From Macrostomum hystrix (Eukaryota; Animalia; Platyhelminthes): 64,000 bases of DNA. Below are positions 25,250 through 36,707 of this stretch, one piece after another; the stretch's first letter is position 1; each line of letters begins with the position of its first letter. Position numbers and translations under genes: made by a program. The stretch is taken from contig CATNEN010000039.1 of assembly GCA_950097015.1 (NCBI GenBank), positions 15,438,001 to 15,502,000 of the forward strand, in the 5' to 3' direction. The notes below the pieces were generated by a model. That model made no database searches, was not told the DNA's origin, and worked only from the letters and a program-made list of their open reading frames with translations.

Positions 25250-27251
25250 TCACGGTCCCATTCGCCTTGAGCGGGAAATGGAATCCCCTGACTCGGGTCC
25301 AGAAGCAGCAGTTGAAGTTCGCTTTCTCGCCCGTGTCTCCTCCCTGGCCAGCTGATTGAGATGGTCTCGTACAGACTTCCAGATTTCGTGGAAGTCGTAG
25401 CCAGATGTTCGATAGCACAATTGAAGCAAACCTGAAAATTCACGAGTATAGTAAAATATTTTTACAATAGACATTGTGTACTGTGTTTATAGTAGAAATA
25501 GGCTAAATTTAAAAGGAAGTTGATTTATGATGCTAATCATTAAATAGGTCAATGGGATGTATTGAACTTTAGAACTATTTTTCCTCAATTTCTTTTATCT
25601 CAGACCTAAATGTGTTTTTTTAGAAAATATCCCAAGTATTGGATTCAGATCATTTAGCATTAATTAGCCTAAATTGCTTTATAATAAAAAAATTGCACAA
25701 AACTGTGAAAAAATTATATATATATATTTACGTTGAAACTCTGTCACATGCTCAGATGGAGCAGGCCTTCGGGAACTGCGAGCACCACAGGATGAATCGA
25801 TTATATGCTCAAGCAAGTAGCCTTCGCCAAATCGCAGCTTGATATACCTTCGGAGGAACACCTTAGGATCGTTGCAAAGAATTGAAGACAGCTCAGCTAG
25901 GGAACCATCAATGCACCTAAATTCCTAAAAAATGTTATTATATAGTAGAACTTTTATACTACAGACGTGATGCTGCTGATGCTAAGAAAAAACTGACATA
26001 CCTCATTTTGGTATTCTTTAATTGTTAGCATTCCACCAAAGTTGTCATCCTTTTTTAAAAGTCGGCATATCCTTGCAGCAAGACGCTTCTCAAGAGAAAG
26101 CAACTCGGATTGAATGAACAGTTTTAGATCTAGAGTAAGATATATGCTCATATATAAAAATATGGTGATTTTGATTTTTAATAATGTGATTGTATCATAT
26201 TAAAAAAATAAAATTATACCTTTCATTGTTGCATCCGATTCACTGTTTACTATCTGTACCCCTCGGAGGGGTTGCACTTCTTGAATTGCACCTAGTGATA
26301 AAAAAGGCTTATTGCTACAAAAATATTGACTCATTTGGTATTTGGTTTTCAATTAGGTGTAATAGAATATACAAACTTGATTCCAAGAGGCCTGTGGCAC
26401 GAGCTTGCTCATTTTCAACCAAAGATGCCTCTCTCTCAAATGCAGAAATGGCTTTTTCTAAAAAATAATAATTAATCAAATAATACAACAAAAAAAACAA
26501 ATTGCAAACAATTAATAGTTCATATATATTGCAGTTTTACCCATTGATTGAGTAGCTGGTATCGCCAAATTTGGTTCGCCACTTTCACTATCCACTTCAT
26601 AAAGCTCGTCAAGTAGTCCATGCTGATGACAACTAGAACTTGAAGCAACCTGCTTTGAACTAGATGACCTTATTGTCCTTACATTTGCAATGCCAGCTTG
26701 GGGATCTTTCATTGCAAAAAGCTCAATAGCTTGGCTAATCAATGAATCAGTATTTTCAGCCTCACTAACCAAGTTGGAAAGTTGGTTCATAGTTGAAGCC
26801 ATTTGCCTTTCACTACCTTTTGCCACAAGTGTAGCAGAAAATAGTTTGCCATACATGCGTAAAAAGACTTTAGTCCCCTAAAATATAATTTAATAAAGTA
26901 ATATTACATTTGTAGTTGGAATAATTTGTTTTAGAAACCATGTACTCAATAACAAAATATTATGCATATAAATCCAACTTAAAATCTTACTTGTGCAAGT
27001 TCCAACTTTTCATCATTAGTTATTGTACTTGGCCAATAGGGAGACCCAAATGCAATGGTCACATATTGCTCATCATGGCCAACATTGTGAAGAATAAAGC
27101 AGAAAAACAATGCTGAATTGTCATTTCCAAATTTAGAAGTACTTTTTGTCTGCTTTCGAAGAGGCCTAGAATTAGATGCACTTAATCCAATATCATCCAT
27201 AACAATTTCTTCTGAAAAAGTTTCACAAGGAGATAAGGTTTGAAGAATCAA
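25250..27251 (-). CDS. multi-exon accessory gene of element 2 with C-terminal BEN-like domain
   Basis: The last exons (ending 26002; 25924-25732; 25431-25250) splice in phase to ...YQNEEFRCIDGSLAELSSILCNDPKVFLRRYIKLRFGEGYLLEHII...VTEFQRLLQLCY...IWKSVRDHLNQLAREE. 5' exon boundaries are approximate. Confidence 0.6.
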
Positions 27252-28337
27252 TCAAGAGGCCAATGACAAACCAATTAGAATTGTATATAAAAAAAATTTA
27301 ATGTAGGGACCCTAGGCCCCTATGATTTTAAATAAAAATTATAATATAAGGCCTAGGCCCTATATATAGGCCTATAATTATAAAGTTGTGCCATTGTGGA
27401 TTTTCTGATACAAAGTAGACAATATTAGGCCTAATTGGGCCTAGTCTAGTCTAGTTTTGATTATAGACTGTATATTAGATACAAAGGACATGAAAGGTCT
27501 CGAAATTAAGTACTAATTACCATAATATACTATTATTTTTTATTATTTTGAAACTGTCAGCCTACCATGTGATTTTTATCATTAGGCTATGGCCTAGGTC
27601 TAGGATGCCACTTTAGACTAGGCCTTTGGCTTTGGTTAGGCCAACCTATCATTATAAAAATGCAGCAAAATATCATTCAAAAATATACATCTAACCCCTA
27701 TAGGTTATCTTTGCATCCCAAATATAATATATAATAGGGTTTCTATTTTCTAATATATCTACAAATACAATTTTCACTGAAGGAGTGAAGATCAAAATTA
27801 GCATGTCAAAAAACCTTACAAGCCACCGAATTTTAAAACTAGCTACCAAAAGTGGAACTGGAAGTATATAGCTAAGAAAAAACATAAACATAAACATAGC
27901 ACATAGTGACACATAATGAAATGATGACAACATGCAAGAGTGACAGAGTCCTCTTAGAAAGGAAAAATAGGCCTAGTAATTTATGTTTATGGGAAGTTAA
28001 GTCCGTAATTAACTAAACCGAAACAAAATGGCCAACAAAATTGCTGGTAATATATTCAAAGCAATTTGTAGGTGAAGATTTTAACAAATTTATTAAACTA
28101 TTTTTTGTATTTACAATTTCGCTTTTATTAAATATATTTAAAACTTTATTAGATATACATAAAATAGCCTGAAATTTTTTATAAGCTTAGTTATTTATTT
28201 TCCCGTATGAACTCCCTGACATGGATGATTTTACCATGGAAAGTTTTAAAAATCCATGCATGAAAATACCATGAACATGCATGATTTATCAATGGATCAT
28301 GGATCATAGATGATTTATCCATGATAAGAGAGTAGGG

Positions 28338-29400
28338 GATACACATCCTCAGCAGAGATGCTTGCATCTTTAGAAATCTTTGCATATAAAGACACGCGAT
28401 TGATCAATGTTTCTAACTGTGCAGCTGTTGCATCCACTATTAGTGTGTGTAGCTCTTCATCACTTGCTATAGGAAGCTGTGGAATATTGTCAACCAGTTC
28501 ATGAAGGTCATCAACATTGTTTGGAGTTGCCAATCGATTCTGCAACATACCAATCATTGTTGCTTGGTTTGCCTCAATTCGTGACATCACGATAAAAAGT
28601 TCAGAAATCTGGTGTGCTGACAAGGTGATTCCTGTTCTAGGCAACTGCAAAGGATTTTGAATAGTACTAGCACTACTGCTAGCAACACTAGCTGCAGATG
28701 ATAGATTACCAGTGGAAATGCTTGCCATGGTTGAACCATTTTGTTTGCTAGACATACTATGATGACTTCTTGGTGTTTGATTTGCAGAAGAAAGGGATAT
28801 GGCCACATTGGCAGGCTTTCTTATGGTAGATATTTGCTGCATTATTTCATCCTGTCCTTGCTCATATGGTCCATGTAGACAATTAGTAGCATCACTTGTT
28901 GCACTTGCAATTAAGCTTTCATTAATCTGCTCAGATTCCTGAATGTCATGATTCAAAGGAGCAATGGGAGAAATTATTAGACTTGGTGGAAGTCCAAAGC
29001 CTTGCTTCTTTTGGACATGTTCATTGACTTTCTTCGACTTTTTTATTTGAGCATGTTCATTGTCTTCAAAATCATCAAAGCCAAGTCGCATAACGTTTTT
29101 CTTTTGCCTAGGACCAGTTTCATCATCTGTGGTCAATGACCCTCTAGACTCATATTTTGCTGCCTTAGTCCTGATCACTTCTAAACTATCATGTACAGCT
29201 AAGACCTTTGCAGGAAAAGATTCCCATGAAGACTTTGGTGGCATCCTTTTGGCCAAAAAACTTCGAACTAGGCCATATTCATGCTTTGGTGGAAAGGCAA
29301 CCATTAAGATATGATTCTTGGCAACAATCTGGTCCAGATCTGTAGAATCTATCCATGAGGCATGGATAGTAGCAATGGCTTTGCCAGAAAATTCTATCAA
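28338..29400 (-). pseudogene. 5' part of the DUF4806/BEN-like accessory gene of element 1
   Basis: N-terminal IEF..IHASWI..PPKSSWESFPAKVL..TTDDE, a Ser-rich linker, a coiled coil and LPIASDEEL. Confidence 0.75.
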
Positions 29401-30139
29401 GTTTGTGAAGTTGCAATTTCTCGTAAAACATTTACCAGTAAAATGATTTCCAAAAATGCACGAATTCTTCCCGATAACATTTTTTACCGATTACTTATGC
29501 TTAGTTAAGCAAGAAGCAAGCCTAAAAATTCTGTTTTGACAAAAAATCTCAGATTTTTTTCAACTCGTAATTTTGTTACGAGTGTTGCGAGTTTGTGACG
29601 TGAAAATTACGTGAAATTGTAAATTGTAAGTGGCCGATAAGTGGCCAAAAGAAATTAGAATTTTTTTTTAAATAATAGTTTTTTACTCTAGAAATATGAT
29701 AATACTTCACTGTTACAGTTAGGAACGATGCTTTATACTTTTTACCATACATTTAGGTAAAAATTGATCAAGGGTGAATTATAGTTATAAACATGGATTA
29801 AACACAATGCACGTAAATTATGGTGGTTCCTGTGCTGTAAAATGAGAAATCTACCTAATTATTATTGTTCGTTTATCTAATTAAGTAATATTTTGTGTGT
29901 AAGTATGAAATTTTAGAAACAAAGTCGTAGATGCTTTCTTTTGTTTAAGTGTTTAAATACATTTAAATACATTATTTAAATACAAAAAATTGTGTTTCCT
30001 CTCGAGAGCGAAAGTGGAAATTAGTCAAGTGGAACCTATATCATTTGAATATTGCTGTATTATTTCCGTTTTAAAATGCTTTCTCCTCTGAAAGTTGTGC
30101 AGCTAGGACTTTTTTATATTATATTTTATCTTATATTTT

Positions 30140-31490
30140 TGCAAATGTAACTTTGAGAACACTGACGAGACCAAGTTTTTTATCAATACAAGTACTTGTG
30201 CCAACAAGTTTGTTGAAAACAGAAAGTTTATTTGCCCAATTCGGAGTTGTATATTTAGAGCAAAATCAAAATCTCTTGTGATTCGGCACCTACAGCGAAG
30301 CCATTTCTTTAGACAAGCTAAAAACTCAACCTCTTGCAACATCAACCCATTACCCATGCTTGGTACAGATAGAGTACACTTTACTCTTAGTCAAGATGAA
30401 TCTAGTTGTAGTGATAATAGTTTTATCAGCTCTGCCTCCCATGTGATTAATCAAACTCATAAGCATCGTGCTGGTGCTAGTTCCAGTGTAGCTGTGGACC
30501 ATAGTAACTTAGTAATAGATAATAAAAAACAAGGTAGTTCAATTGATTCTAGAGAGCAACTTAAGAATTTTGTAATACAAAAGATTATTCTTTTCTTGAT
30601 TAACTCTCGGGATTTTCATAGTTTGCGCCTTAGTGTTGCAAAAGGTCTAACAAGTGAACTTTATGATGTTATACGAGTATCAACTTTTTCACACTCATTA
30701 ACTTCTCTTACTGAACAAGTTTTAAAGGAACATTGTATTAATGATGAACTAGTACAACACATGATGTATATTTTAAATCTAGATAGTTTCTTTGATACTT
30801 ACCATGACCTTATTGTAAGTGATAGAAAGCTGATACACTTTATTAAAAAAAATTTCAGGTATATTGACCCAATTAAAATTCCTAACTCTTCCCATACATT
30901 AGCATTGTACTATGTTCCAATTTCCAAGACTCTTAAAACATTGTTATAAGACCCTAATTATTATCAGCTTATTCTAGGTACAAAGCTTGATGAAAAAGGT
31001 TTATTTTTCTAGCCCATATTTAAAAAACTATATTGCTCCACTAGTTGACTCTCAAGATTATAATAAAGCTATTTATCTTTCACTTTATACTGATGAGTTT
31101 GAAGTATGTAACCCAATTGGAAAAGCAAGAACTAAGCATAAGCTATTAGGTATTTCTTATAAGATTCTCAACATTCCTCTAGATTTACAATCTAAGCAAA
31201 GCTTCACTTTTCTTGCCTGTTTAGTGCAATGGAAAAGTACGAGTATATTTAACAAGAATAATAACCCTTGTGGCATTACATTAGATACTATATTTTTTCT
31301 TTTAGTATCTGAGCTAAATTCCTTATATGACTTTGGCATTGAAATTGCAACAAATAAAGGTCCATTAAAGAAAAAAATTCAGTAATTGCTTGTTCCTGTG
31401 TTGGAGACAACCTGTCTATTAATAACTTGATTGGAATTAGTACAAATTTTACATCTGGATATGTTTGCAGATTTTGTGGAGCAGGACATT
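30140..31490 (+). pseudogene. CACTA/EnSpm-like transposase fragment (different subfamily, N-terminal C2H2 finger); the only plus-strand element in the cluster
   Basis: FICPIRSC..VIRHLQRSH, YYVPISKTLKTLL, LYTDEFEVCNPIGKARTKHKL and GDNL..IGISTNF..CRFC. Contains stops and a frameshift and is 3' truncated. Confidence 0.75.
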
Positions 31491-31647
31491 CCGCACTGCC
31501 TGTTCGATGTTGTCACGGTTCTCATGAACATTACCTCGCAGATGCGACTTCATTAGTGGAAATAAGGCGAAATCTGCTGGCGCCAAATCAGGCGAATACT
31601 GTGGATGAGGCAAAAGATTAAACTTGAGTCTGCTGACAGCCTCGGAG

Positions 31648-31880
31648 CCCTCTCGGAAAAAACTCGCCGGCCCGCCAGCGATTCGCCGGCTATTTTATTG
31701 CCAGCGATTCGCCGGCTATTTGGGCCTTTTTTTCCGCTAGCGATTCGCCGACGAATTACCCGCCAGCGATTCGCTGGTGCTTCGCTAGTTGTTCGCTAGC
31801 TTTTCGCTAGCTTTTCGCTGGTGCTTCGCTGGCTTTTCGCTAGTTGTTCGCTAGCTTTTCGCCGATGTTCCGCTGCATTT
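31648..31880. repeat. left terminus and subterminal repeats of CACTA-type element 4
   Basis: Begins CCCTCTCGGAAAAAAC, followed by many (AGCGA)TTCGC(C/T)(G/A)G repeats. Matching right end not found. Confidence 0.6.
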
Positions 31881-32616
31881 TTGCATATGTTTTGTCGCAT
31901 ATTTTCGAGTAGTCGACTATTTTAGATAATTTTATTTACAAGCTGTTTTATGAAACTGTAGTCTAGAAAGAACTAGAAGTACTAGAAAGCTATATGATAG
32001 TTTCGTCATAGTAACTAGGCAATGGAAATGCGAGCTTACACATTATACATATATTTGCACATTATATGAAATTTTTTATAAATTTATATAAATAAACGCC
32101 GACAAGAAAGTTATACAAAGTAATTGTTCGCAGATAAAAATCGGGTATGCATTCATACAGTTGTACAGAAGAACACGCAAAACTCAATATGAATTTGGCT
32201 TTACTTCAAAAAATAGAAAATACACTACAGCTTTTGGTTTAAATGATTGTTAAATGCAAAGCTATCATGTGTAATCGTTAATTGCGAAAATGGGATATTT
32301 TCATTTTCCTTCCTAGTAAAAAGCAAGACTTTAGGTTGATACAAAAATTAGCTTGCCCGATATATCTCAAATTTAAATAATAACAAACTACATCTTAGAT
32401 TGAACCAATTATTAAGCTAAACAGCCCCATATTTTCAGCAAGATCGTGTGATCACATGATAGACTAAAGCTTTGTTGGAGCTAATGGATCTAACAGCTTA
32501 AAAGTATGTTCCCAAGAAAAGTATGTAGGGCCAGCATAGAAGAGCAAAGTTCGGAATTCAGCGGCCTTAAAGAAAAAAGAAATAACTTACGAAAATACTC
32601 GTAGTGTTATACAAAT

Positions 32617-34600
32617 CTAAGTAATGCTACTGTTAATTACAGGCACGACAAAATATTCTCCTCTTCGAGGAACGCAGATGCATGACTGAAGTGGCCTTCC
32701 AGAAACGATTTTTCTTGAAATTTGATAAAACCCAATTGCTAGATGTCGAGAATTAAACGGAACAGAGTACAAATCCCGAGCAAAAGTGAGAACATGACCT
32801 TTAACAATGCTATTATTATATTTTATCACTTTTACCACGCAACCATTCGTCAATAAAACACAATTGTTAGGTGGATCGCTAGAAATGGACACATTTGATT
32901 CACTAAAATTGCTGTGACAGGTGCTTCGCATGCTTTGCAACTGATTAACCTCTCGCTTAAACGCATGACTTCCACCAGTGATTCTTCTCTTAAGCACCCC
33001 AAGAAAATTCTCAAAAGGAAACGACGAAAACGTATCTAAACAACCGAGCTGCTTAACATAATCAGACAAATGCAATAGACAGTGAACATTATAGGAGACG
33101 GCATGCTCACAATACAATCTTGGAAAATCGCGAACAAAAATTTGCAAACATGCCTCAGCAGCTTCGATGTGAACAGACAGGTTCTCGGAGCACAAGCAGT
33201 AAATTGCAAAATGAAGGTGCAAAAAGTGATTAAAGTAGTTCAATGGAAGCAAACGATTGAAAATAAAAGGGCCAGCATACAAGAGCAAAGTTCGGAATTC
33301 AACGGCCTTGAAGTTTCTTATTTCTGAAAACGAGCGAAGCTTTCGCGAAAATACTGATGGTAGATACTTAGAAAATTCGACTACTGATGAAGAAACTGCA
33401 GCGAACTGGATCTGAGAAAAGCGACAAGGGAGATGCCGGCGTTTTTCGGGCAGAAAAAACAGATGACATATTTTGCGCATGACACCAAGAAGCACAAGGT
33501 GCATGTACTCAGGTGGAAAGCTAGACTTAAGGGGCACAATGGACACAAGCGGAGAGATACCGTTTTGGTTATTCTCTTTATTGTCAGCGTACGAAACGTC
33601 TAAACGGGCCGCACCTTCTGGTCCAACAAAAGCAACGCGGTTCAGGATGTACTCACCTTTCTGAGTGCAATAGCCACAACCATAGTAACCGGTATGTGAC
33701 TTAATGCACTGAAGAAAGGCTCGAGCAGGAGCGTCACAAACAAATATGATTTCACCTAAGCGAAACTTGCAGTTCTGCACAACAAATACCACTTGACTCT
33801 GAAGATCCGAAATCATATCCACCACTGGCGAAATCAATTTCTTAAGGTCGGGCTTCCCAACCTTCCTAATCCTAGGGGGTTGGGTCCTTTACCGTTGACA
33901 AGCACGAGTACAGGCCACAAACCGTAACTTGATCCAGAAAAAAGTAGTAGGCCATCTACATTGATCGAAATATTCAGCAAAATTTCTTTACCTGTGTTAC
34001 ACGACTTAAAAGCTCCATTTTTAAGAAGAATACCAATCGTCTCCAAGAGCGAAAAATGAGCATATTGCGAATGGCTCATATTGGGTTCCTCGGATCCTCC
34101 ATTAGATGGACCATGCATTTTCCCTAGATTGTGGACACTATGTGGACACTCGATTCCGTGCTTGCGAAGAATTTTTAACATTTCCATCTTGTCCCGTGGA
34201 ATGTTGCAAGCGACGAAAAAACAGTACAGGTCCAATGCCAAGGAAGGACTTGTCGCAGGAGCATCAGGAGCAACTAACTCTTCCAGAAATTCAATTACAC
34301 CTGCCGCGCCTGGATCGCCGAAGATGGCCTCGTCTTCGTCGCTGCTTGACTCTCCATCAAACAGTTGGTCGATGGCCGGGTCGCTTGCCGCCTGAGCACC
34401 GTCCAGCAGACCAACGGCCGGGTCGCTTGCCGCATGAGCACCGTCCAGCAGACCAACGGCCGGGTCGCTTGCCGCATGAGCACCGTCCAGCAGACCAACG
34501 GCCGGGTCGCTTGCCGCATGAGCACCGTCCAGCAGACCAACGGCCGGGTCGCTTGCCGCATGAGCACCGTCCGGCAGACCAACGGCCGGGTCGCTTGCTG
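32617..34600 (-). pseudogene. CACTA/EnSpm-like transposase of element 4, frameshifted at ~33840-33880
   Basis: INVDGLLLF..LWPVL, FVCDAPARAFLQCIKSHTGYYGCGYC, PPEYMHLVLLG, FKAVEFRTLL, SYNVHCLLHL and SSFPFENFLG. Confidence 0.85.
34374..34598. repeat. 42-bp tandem repeat, ~5.3 copies
   Basis: Unit GGCCGGGTCGCTTGCCGCATGAGCACCGTCCAGCAGACCAAC. Confidence 0.95.
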
Positions 34601-34758
34601 GTCTGCTGTTTCTTTTCTATTATTATAAAAAATATTTCTATATTTTTATTGCTTACCTAAACTAGAGATGTAAAAAACTGAGAAAGCTTACGCTTTCCGC
34701 ATGAGCCATCCAGATTAAATAGTTGCAACACTTATTTAGTAGCAATACGCTGAACGAT

Positions 34759-35208
34759 TCAAAAAACATTCTGCTCTGTATCATGGCCACCAATGCATGC
34801 CAGTATCTTGATGATGGTTGAATGCGACACCCCCACGAGCTGCTCCAACCAACGAATTGTCACTCGCCGATCCTCGTCGACGTGGCGTCGAACAGCAGCG
34901 ACAACTCCGTCCGAGACGGCTGAAATTGGACGACCCTCGCGAGGTTCGTCGTCCAGGGAGGCCGAGCCGCAGCGAAAGCGCGCAAACCATTCGTACACCA
35001 TCGACTGGGACGGGGCTTGATCCTCAAGGGCCGCACGAAGCGTCTGGTGACACGCAGCCGCAGTGCTGCCCAGGCGAAACTGCACTAGAATGGCTACCCG
35101 CCTGTCACGTTCGGTGAGCTGAGGCAGGGGTTTTATGTTTTCTGTGGAACTTTGGCCACTGCGGCGCATCATTATGGTTGATTGAGCTGAAATTTTGCAT
35201 GCAAGCAT
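34759..35208 (-). pseudogene. mariner transposase N-terminal HTH fragment
   Basis: TAAACHQTLRAALEDQAPSQSMVYEWFARFRCGSASLDDEPREGRP..DRRVTIRWL..GVSHSTIIKIL. Catalytic domain absent. Confidence 0.85.
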
Positions 35209-35260
35209 TGAATAGCCATCCCTACAACATAGTAAAATTTCGTGTCCCTAGCATCTTTCT

Positions 35261-36329
35261 CTAGCCGGTCATCCAGCAGTTGGTCTGCCTTGATTTGATG
35301 CCACAGACCTGCTCTGCTGTTTCCAGCAATGTCTTCTGGGTGTTCTTCCATGATTCTGTTCTCTCGATGCTACTGTTCCCGTTTTGTGGTGTCTCGCTCG
35401 CCGTAGTCTTCATCTTTTCCAGAGCCTCGGCGGTCTTCTTCCTGTACTCTTCCTGCACTGCCACGTCTCGCATCCGTTCCCAAGCAATGTTCTTTTTTTG
35501 GGTTTTTCGTGGATAGTGCTGGGTCGGTCCTTATTTCTTCGATCTCTTCACCATAGTCTTTACTCCCCTTGACTGGTTGGTAGATGACCATTTCTAGTAT
35601 TTTGTCGAATTCTATGGTCAGAATCCATTTTCGTGGATGCATTTTGCGGCCGTAGGCCCGCCATAGGGTCCAAGACGTGTTGTTTAATATTATGCCGACC
35701 TTTTGCGAGTATATGAGATATGCATCCTCCTTCTTATGGTGGAACTTTTGTATCCCCGTGGTGGCGGTGTCCAGCTCGGTGAAGAGCGTCAGTTCCCATT
35801 TGTCCAGGGCCGTTTTCACCATTTCACCGAACCTTCCTGATCTGATGTTCGCCCTTTGGGCGTTCCATCTTGCTATATTAATTTGTTCGTTTCTCCATTT
35901 GTTTGTGGTCGTTTCTCTTTTTCTCTCGTCCTTAGCTGTCCTTGCCCTCTGGCGCTTCTCTCTTCGTCTCCTGCTTCTTGCTATTCGTTGGGAAACGTCT
36001 CTTGGGCCCGGGTTCTTCTCGATGGTCCGTAGTTTGATGGCGATGTCCGCAGTTCTCCTTCTTCTTTCACACTTCTCCTTCGGCATTTTTGTGATTTTCG
36101 TGTGCTTTTCGTTGGTACTTCCACTCCTCATCCTCCTGGTCGCTTTTTAACCTTAATGTTGATTAAGGAGGTGTCCGGTTCGGTTGTCTCCGGGCCACTC
36201 CGTTGGGCGAAGGTTTGCCCGCGGAACGTAGATTTTACTCTACGACCGCGGGCCTCTCTCCCCCCCGACTCCTTTGCCAGGCCGTGATGGCCTGCCCGCT
36301 TGGCACCTCGTGAAGGTGAAGAGTCCTCG
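35261..36329 (-). mobile_element. LINE copy C: 5' portion (ribozyme-like leader, 2A-like motif, AP endonuclease with internal deletion), 3' truncated
   Basis: ORF 36131-35370 with LRTIEKNPGP, INIARWNAQ and LFTEL; paralogous to 43179-42064. Confidence 0.8.
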
Positions 36330-36335
36330 CCTCGC
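36267..36335 (-). ncRNA. degenerate or 5'-clipped HDV-like ribozyme at the 5' end of LINE C
   Basis: P2 GACUCU/GGAGUC, P3 ACC/GGU, L3 UUCACGA, P1-3' GCCAAGC, GG, P4 CAGGCC/GGCCUG, then GCAAA. The P1-5' strand is mismatched (GCGAGGC). Confidence 0.55.
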
Positions 36336-36345
36336 CCCTCTCTTC

Positions 36346-36691
36346 TTCTTCTTCTTGCTTTTTGTCGCCTTTCGGCATAGCTCACCGGGAGTCCCTTACT
36401 CTAGCTCTTACGCTTCGCAGCTGCGTTTTTTGTTCTCCCTCTCACTACGCCCTTCATTTCCGATCTTGTCTCTCTCTCCTGTTCTCTCCGGTGCTTCACG
36501 ATGGTTTTTTTTAAAGAGGTCCCACGGTTCGTTATGCCGTGATCAATCTGCCGGGTGCGGTTTTGCCCGCGGGACGTGGTTTTCAAATCACGACCGCGGG
36601 CCTCACCGCCCCCCGGTTCCTTTTTTGCCAGACTGGCACGCCAGTCTGCCCGCTTGGCACCGATCGTGAAGGTTGCGAACCATCGCCAAGC
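36346..36691 (-). mobile_element. ~350-bp non-autonomous SINE-like derivative of the LINE (ribozyme head, LINE-type 3' hairpin, (GAA)n tail)
   Basis: Shares 5' structures with LINE C and the 3' GCCGAAAGGCGACAA motif and tail with LINE B. Flanked by copies of CCTCGCCCCTCTCTTC. Confidence 0.7.
36615..36691 (-). ncRNA. HDV-like self-cleaving ribozyme candidate, 77 nt
   Basis: GCUUGGC(P1) GAU GGUUC(P2)GCA ACC(P3) UUCACGAUC(L3) GGU(P3) GCCAAGC(P1) GG GC AGACUGGC-GU-GCCAGUCU(P4) GGCAAAAAAG GAACC(P2). Confidence 0.7.
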
Positions 36692-36707
36692 CCTCGCCCC
36701 TCTCTTC

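Larger units (their letters stand above)
21534..28337 (-). mobile_element. CACTA/EnSpm-type element 2, 6.8 kb, apparently complete
   Basis: TIRs CCCTACTCTC(CTTG/TTAT)CATGGATAAATCA at both ends, CATGGA subterminal repeats, and 2-bp TSD GA (21532-21533, 28338-28339). Confidence 0.9.
16386..29633 (-). mobile_element. CACTA/EnSpm-type element 1 (host of nested element 2)
   Basis: Left end CCCGCTTGACAAAAT with CACGAG/ACTCGT/CACGTG subterminal repeats (16386-16520). Related repeats occur at 29560-29633. Contains a transposase and a split DUF4806-like gene. Right terminus degenerate. Confidence 0.5.
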
